DNA of 63,929 nt, the filler included, from Aduncisulcus paluster (taxonomy: Eukaryota), in the NCBI GenBank assembly GCA_024181965.1. It is 9 parts of 9 records of this genome, joined end to end, with 100 filler letters (N's around TTAATTAATTAA, not from the genome) between each part and the next. Parts side by side here need not be neighbours in the genome. Positions count along the whole stretch, not along the records: positions 57,889 to 62,582 come from BQXS01010075.1; positions 62,683 to 63,929 come from BQXS01010232.1; 7 more parts are not named here. One strand, 5' to 3'. The position numbers were made by a program, and so were the translations under genes. Positions 59,877 through 63,929 of the stretch are shown one piece after another. Within the stretch, counting starts at the first letter, position 1, and the number at the start of each line of letters is the position of its first letter. The notes below the pieces were generated by a model. That model did no database searches, was not told the DNA's origin, and saw nothing but the letters and a program-made list of their open reading frames with translations.

Positions 59877-62582
59877 TTATTCAATTTCAGGAGGAGCTGC
59901 TGCAAGTAAAGAAGGACTATTATGCCTAGACACAATTTTCTTGTATTCTGAAGGAGAAGAGAACACATCTCTATCCTGTTCAACAACTATAACAGCGGGG
60001 GTAACGGTTTGGAGATGGGGCTGGCTACAATTCTCAAGATCTGCAATAATTGAATCAAGATGGGCATTTTCAACGATACTAATGTTTTGGTCACGTGATT
60101 TGCCAACCAAAGAGAAATATAAAACACACATGAGTCCGAGAACCACCATGAGCACAAAGAACAGACCAACAAAAACCACCCAACCATTTTTCTCTTGAAT
60201 CCACAGCCACCAATCACTATTCAAGGAAATATCGCACGTTTCTCCTGCCCATCCATGCTCACAGTAACATAATGCGTCTTCATCCATCCCTTGTGAATAT
60301 AGACATTTTCCATGCTCACAGTTCTGACAAACAGAGAGAGTCATTATACAGGTTTTGGAGATAGGGTTCAAATATTGACTCGATGAATCACAAGAACACT
60401 CCCAAACATCATTATCATTAACCTGACAAGAGCCATTCCCACATCCGATCCCTTCGTTACATTTTGAAGCACAATATTGTGCCCCAGAATCGTCGTAATA
60501 TATTGTCTCACTCTCTTGTGGACACAAACATACGTATGAACTGATATTTGAATTGAAGAGGGAGACTTGAGAAGGAGAGAAGGAAGAATGATGGAAGATG
60601 AAATCTGAAGAGATGGGAAGAGTGGACGAGGTAGAACCAACAGAAGAACTTTCTAAGCATTGGCCTGATCCACCACATTGCTCATCCACACATGCTAATT
60701 CAGAACATGCAGTGCCATCATAACCTAGAGAACACTCACAGCTGTGGGATTCAACATCACATGTTCCCCTCGACTCACCTCCACACTGATATAGCTCGAA
60801 TAACCTCTCCTCTGCAGCATCCAAGGTCTCAGAGGAAGAGTATTCACTCGTCCATGAACTCTCACTCATCCAGATACCACATTCTCGCGTACAGTCATGT
60901 CCATACCACCCATTAATGCAGGAAACAACAAAGGCTGGAGCAATTGGGAGAGAAGAGAGTGACTGAATCGATGAAAAGAAGAGGGAAGAATCCTGGACAG
61001 AAAAGGGGTATTCGCTTGAAATTTGCAGATCATCAACTCGAACACAAATTGTTCTTGGATTGTTTATCTTCTCAGAAAGACACAATGACGCTATACTTTG
61101 CACAAATTCTTTCTTCTCCTCTTCCATTATTGGAAGTGAACTCATTTCATCATCCAAAGCAATGAAAGACATGCAAGAATTTGAAGCATAATCCACAAAT
61201 GTACTATCAGCACAAGTCGATTGCCATTCATTGTCCCAAACTTCAGTACAAACAGTTCCACCAGATATGGATGGTGAATTGGAACAATTTGAACAAGATG
61301 ATGTGTCTTGACTAGAAATATTAATTGTAAACAGATCGGGATCTTCGATAAACACAGAAAATATTGATTTCATAGAAGAAACTTCATCATTATCGTCAAG
61401 TCCACAAATCTGATTTCCAGAGAGATTCAGGGAAAGTAGGGAATCTCTCAGAGCAAAAATGGGCGAAATATCAGAAATAATGTTGGAACTAACATCTAAT
61501 TCTTCAATGTTGAGCAATGAATATGTGTAAATATGACCAAGACTTTTAACATTGTTATTACTTATGTCCACTTTTCTCAGAGAATCACCAGAAAGAGAAA
61601 GATCAGGAATCTCAGTCAATCCAGAATTCCTAAGAGAGATCGATTCAAGAGAACTAAAAAGAGAGAGGTCAGAGATATTAGATTCAGTTAAAGAAACATT
61701 ATTTAAGGAAAGATAAAGGGGAGATGACGATAGAAGGGAAGAACAAGTCAATGAAATAGAAGAACTTCCATCAAGAACAAAAGAGGAGAGGTTACTAAAG
61801 TTTGACAGCGGGGATAGATCATCCAAAGCTGAATTGGAGAGATCAAGAGAAATGATATTTGTCAAATGATGAATTCCAAGCATATTAGATACATATTGAC
61901 ATTCGAATGTTTCGATTGTTTCATTAAGACCAACAAGAGAAGCAACTCCAAAAGTCCCATCATAAATAAAAGAAGATGGCAAGATATCGATCAAACAATC
62001 AAACAATATATCATCTGGGATTATTGTTTCACAAGATCCCTCTGTTTCAAGCCCATTTGATAACAAATTACGACACTCTTCTCCAAACGCACATCCACCA
62101 ACACAATTGGACGTAGCACTTGTCGCTTGTGTGCATGTAAACGTGTCGGCATCCGTGTATGTAGTGTACGAATCACTGGCACAGATGGCATACCAATGTC
62201 CAGAATTGGGTTTAGTCTCGGAACAGACCAGATTCTTGGAAAGCATATCTGTTGTAGAGAATGATGCGTCACACTCACATGAAGAGCCAGCCTTGAAGGA
62301 ATATGAGACAACACCAGAGGTACCACCGAGCTTACCATCAATGGACGTTCCAACATTGGTACCACAAATAAGATTCTCAGTTAGGTCCAGAGAAGTCAGC
62401 GTGCCACTCAATATATAGAGCGGGGAGGGATCGGAAATGGCATTGTTGGAAAGACTCAAGATCTCAAGCGCCGAATGGTTGCGGAGTTCGTATACACTGG
62501 TCCAACTATTATTGTCAGCATAGAGCTCAACAAGGGCAGTATTCGTGGAAAGGAAGGATGGAGAAGGGAGATTCGTACCATT
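59877..62582 (-). CDS. LRR + EGF-like repeats + TM surface protein, 5'-truncated
   Basis: LRRs, EGF-like motifs CINGWYGHDC, CECSLGYDGTAC and CYCEHGWAGETC, and TM segment WVVFVGLFFVLMVVLGLMCVLYF. Confidence 0.88.
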   Translation of the reverse strand, partial: NGTNLPSPSFLSTNTALVELYADNNSWTSVYELRNHSALEILSLSNNAISDPSPLYILSGTLTSLDLTENLICGTNVGTSIDGKLGGTSGVVSYSFKAGSSCECDASFSTTDMLSKNLVCSETKPNSGHWYAICASDSYTTYTDADTFTCTQATSATSNCVGGCAFGEECRNLLSNGLETEGSCETIIPDDILFDCLIDILPSSFIYDGTFGVASLVGLNETIETFECQYVSNMLGIHHLTNIISLDLSNSALDDLSPLSNFSNLSSFVLDGSSSISLTCSSLLSSSPLYLSLNNVSLTESNISDLSLFSSLESISLRNSGLTEIPDLSLSGDSLRKVDISNNNVKSLGHIYTYSLLNIEELDVSSNIISDISPIFALRDSLLSLNLSGNQICGLDDNDEVSSMKSIFSVFIEDPDLFTINISSQDTSSCSNCSNSPSISGGTVCTEVWDNEWQSTCADSTFVDYASNSCMSFIALDDEMSSLPIMEEEKKEFVQSIASLCLSEKINNPRTICVRVDDLQISSEYPFSVQDSSLFFSSIQSLSSLPIAPAFVVSCINGWYGHDCTRECGIWMSESSWTSEYSSSETLDAAEERLFELYQCGGESRGTCDVESHSCECSLGYDGTACSELACVDEQCGGSGQCLESSSVGSTSSTLPISSDFIFHHSSFSPSQVSLFNSNISSYVCLCPQESETIYYDDSGAQYCASKCNEGIGCGNGSCQVNDNDVWECSCDSSSQYLNPISKTCIMTLSVCQNCEHGKCLYSQGMDEDALCYCEHGWAGETCDISLNSDWWLWIQEKNGWVVFVGLFFVLMVVLGLMCVLYFSLVGKSRDQNISIVENAHLDSIIADLENCSQPHLQTVTPAVIVVEQDRDVFSSPSEYKKIVSRHNSPSLLAAAPPEIE

Positions 62583-62683
62583 NNNNNNNNNNNNNNNNNN
62601 NNNNNNNNNNNNNNNNNNNNNNNNNNTTAATTAATTAANNNNNNNNNNNNNNNNNNNNNNNNNNNNNNNNNNNNNNNNNNNNA

Positions 62684-63487
62684 GCAGCAGCGGGGACAGC
62701 GGCAGCGGCAGGAGGTGGTGCGGCAGCTGGCGGCGGAGCGGCATTAGCTGGTGGTGCTGCCGCAGCAGGAGGCGGCGCGGCTGCTGCGGGCGGCGGTGGT
62801 GCAATGGCTGGGATGCTGGGTGCTGGCGGTGGCGTACTTTCTGGCATGGGTGGCGGTGGTGCATTAGCTGGTGGTGGCTTTATGGGAGGCTTAAGCAGCT
62901 TGTTCATGGGGTCTGCGGCTAGTGGTGGTGCTCCTGCTTCTGCGGGGTTGTTTGGTGCTGGTGGCGGATTCAGCATGCTGCAAACTATGGGTACGGGCGG
63001 GATGCTGATGGGCATGCTTGGCGGTGCAAATAGTTCTTCAATGTCGGCGGCTGCAATGGAGTATAACGCTGGAGTTTCCAAGGTTAACGCCGAGATTGCC
63101 AAAGAAAACAGCTTTCGGGATGTTGTTGAGCTGGAAAAAGCTAAGCGGCGAGACAGAAGAATTTTAAGTCAGGATCGGCAGCGCACAGCCGCAGAAAGGC
63201 GGGCGCAGTTGGGTTCTTCCGGTATTGAGTTTTCCGGCAGTGCTGTGGATGTTCTGGACGGCCAGAATTATTTTGACGCGCTGGATGCAATTGTGCTGAT
63301 TGACGACTATGAAACCCGTAAGAAAAACCGGGTATGGTCCGGTATGGTGCAGGAGCGCGGCTTTCAAGCTGAAGCTGGGTTGAGCAGTTACACGGCCAAG
63401 GGAACACAGAACGCAATTGCCGGAAATGCTGTAGGCTCTCTTTTGACGCAGGGTAGCAAGCTTTATGGAAGCAGGGCGGTATCATGA
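62684..63487 (+). CDS. Phage internal virion/ejection-type protein (Gly/Ala-rich), 5'-truncated; prokaryotic contig
   Basis: Much higher GC than the rest of the window. G/A-rich N-terminus, YNA.V...NA motif and RAQLGSSGIEFSGSAVDV, as seen in podovirus-type core proteins. Stop overlaps the next start (ATGA). Confidence 0.6.
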   Translation, partial: AAAGTAAAAGGGAAAGGGAALAGGAAAAGGGAAAAGGGGAMAGMLGAGGGVLSGMGGGGALAGGGFMGGLSSLFMGSAASGGAPASAGLFGAGGGFSMLQTMGTGGMLMGMLGGANSSSMSAAAMEYNAGVSKVNAEIAKENSFRDVVELEKAKRRDRRILSQDRQRTAAERRAQLGSSGIEFSGSAVDVLDGQNYFDALDAIVLIDDYETRKKNRVWSGMVQERGFQAEAGLSSYTAKGTQNAIAGNAVGSLLTQGSKLYGSRAVS

Positions 63488-63929
63488 GAAGTAGTAGAGT
63501 TATTCCGGTTACTGGCCCTCGCGTTGGTACTCCTGCACGTATGCAGCAAGGCGGCTTTTATAGTGTCCGGGCGAATCCCAATGATTGGGCGCGGCAAGGG
63601 CAAGGCATGATGAGCATTGCCGCTGGCATGAGCAACGCCGCAGAAATTTTGCAGGACCGTGAGAACAGGCTTACCGCTGAAAAACGTACTCTTGAAATAG
63701 AAAATTATTTTGCAAACGACTTTGACCCCGCTGAAACCGAAGTGCTTACCAAAGCACAAACTCAGCGGGGCGGTGCTGCTGTTGGTGTCACTGAAAAAAC
63801 AAAAAAATGGTACAAAGAGCAAGAGGACCGTCTGAATAAGTTTACGGCTGAAATGGGGCCGTACATGCAGCGGAGAGCTATAGAAAAATTTCATGCCCGC
63901 AGAAATTCTACTTTGAAAAGTGTTGGCAT
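63484..63929 (+). CDS. Next phage-like structural/ejection protein, 3'-truncated; absent from the ORF track
   Basis: ATG 63484 overlaps TGA 63485-63487. Open to the window end: MRSSRVIPVTGPRVGTPARMQQGG... Confidence 0.6.
   Translation, partial: MRSSRVIPVTGPRVGTPARMQQGGFYSVRANPNDWARQGQGMMSIAAGMSNAAEILQDRENRLTAEKRTLEIENYFANDFDPAETEVLTKAQTQRGGAAVGVTEKTKKWYKEQEDRLNKFTAEMGPYMQRRAIEKFHARRNSTLKSVG

Noticed and set aside
62635-63102. Pro/Ala-rich minus-strand ORF (WASP/formin-like appearance)
   Set aside because: Antisense shadow of the Gly/Ala-rich plus-strand gene, which is supported by the ATGA coupling to the next ORF.

Overview
This is eukaryotic protist DNA. It is AT-rich and gene-dense, uses the standard genetic code and has short GT-AG introns with GTATGT donors. 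It consists of nine unrelated contigs joined by artificial N-TTAATTAATTAA-N linkers, plus seven 20-N gaps with duplicated flanks. Gene content points to a free-living anaerobic flagellate, most likely a fornicate/Carpediemonas-like metamonad such as Aduncisulcus (inference). The evidence is a split glycine-cleavage P1 subunit with an organellar presequence, Giardia-like ankyrin proteins, expanded LRR/EGF surface proteins and flagellar ODA16 and STPG proteins. Housekeeping genes include PTEN, Tfb5, MCTS1, a PPP phosphatase, an STE20 kinase, RNF32, TMEM222 and two tRNAs. The main finding is a Fanzor1-type (eukaryotic TnpB) RNA-guided nuclease ORF at 48598-49389 with DPG / YGD...VDEYHTS / zinc finger / RD motifs, followed directly by a structured candidate omegaRNA (about 49415-49530). 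Also notable: a frameshifted gag-like ORF just downstream of tRNA-Asn, a Ras-like (pseudo)GTPase-ankyrin fusion, an alpha2delta-like VWA protein, and a final GC-rich contig that looks like phage virion genes from a co-sequenced bacterium.
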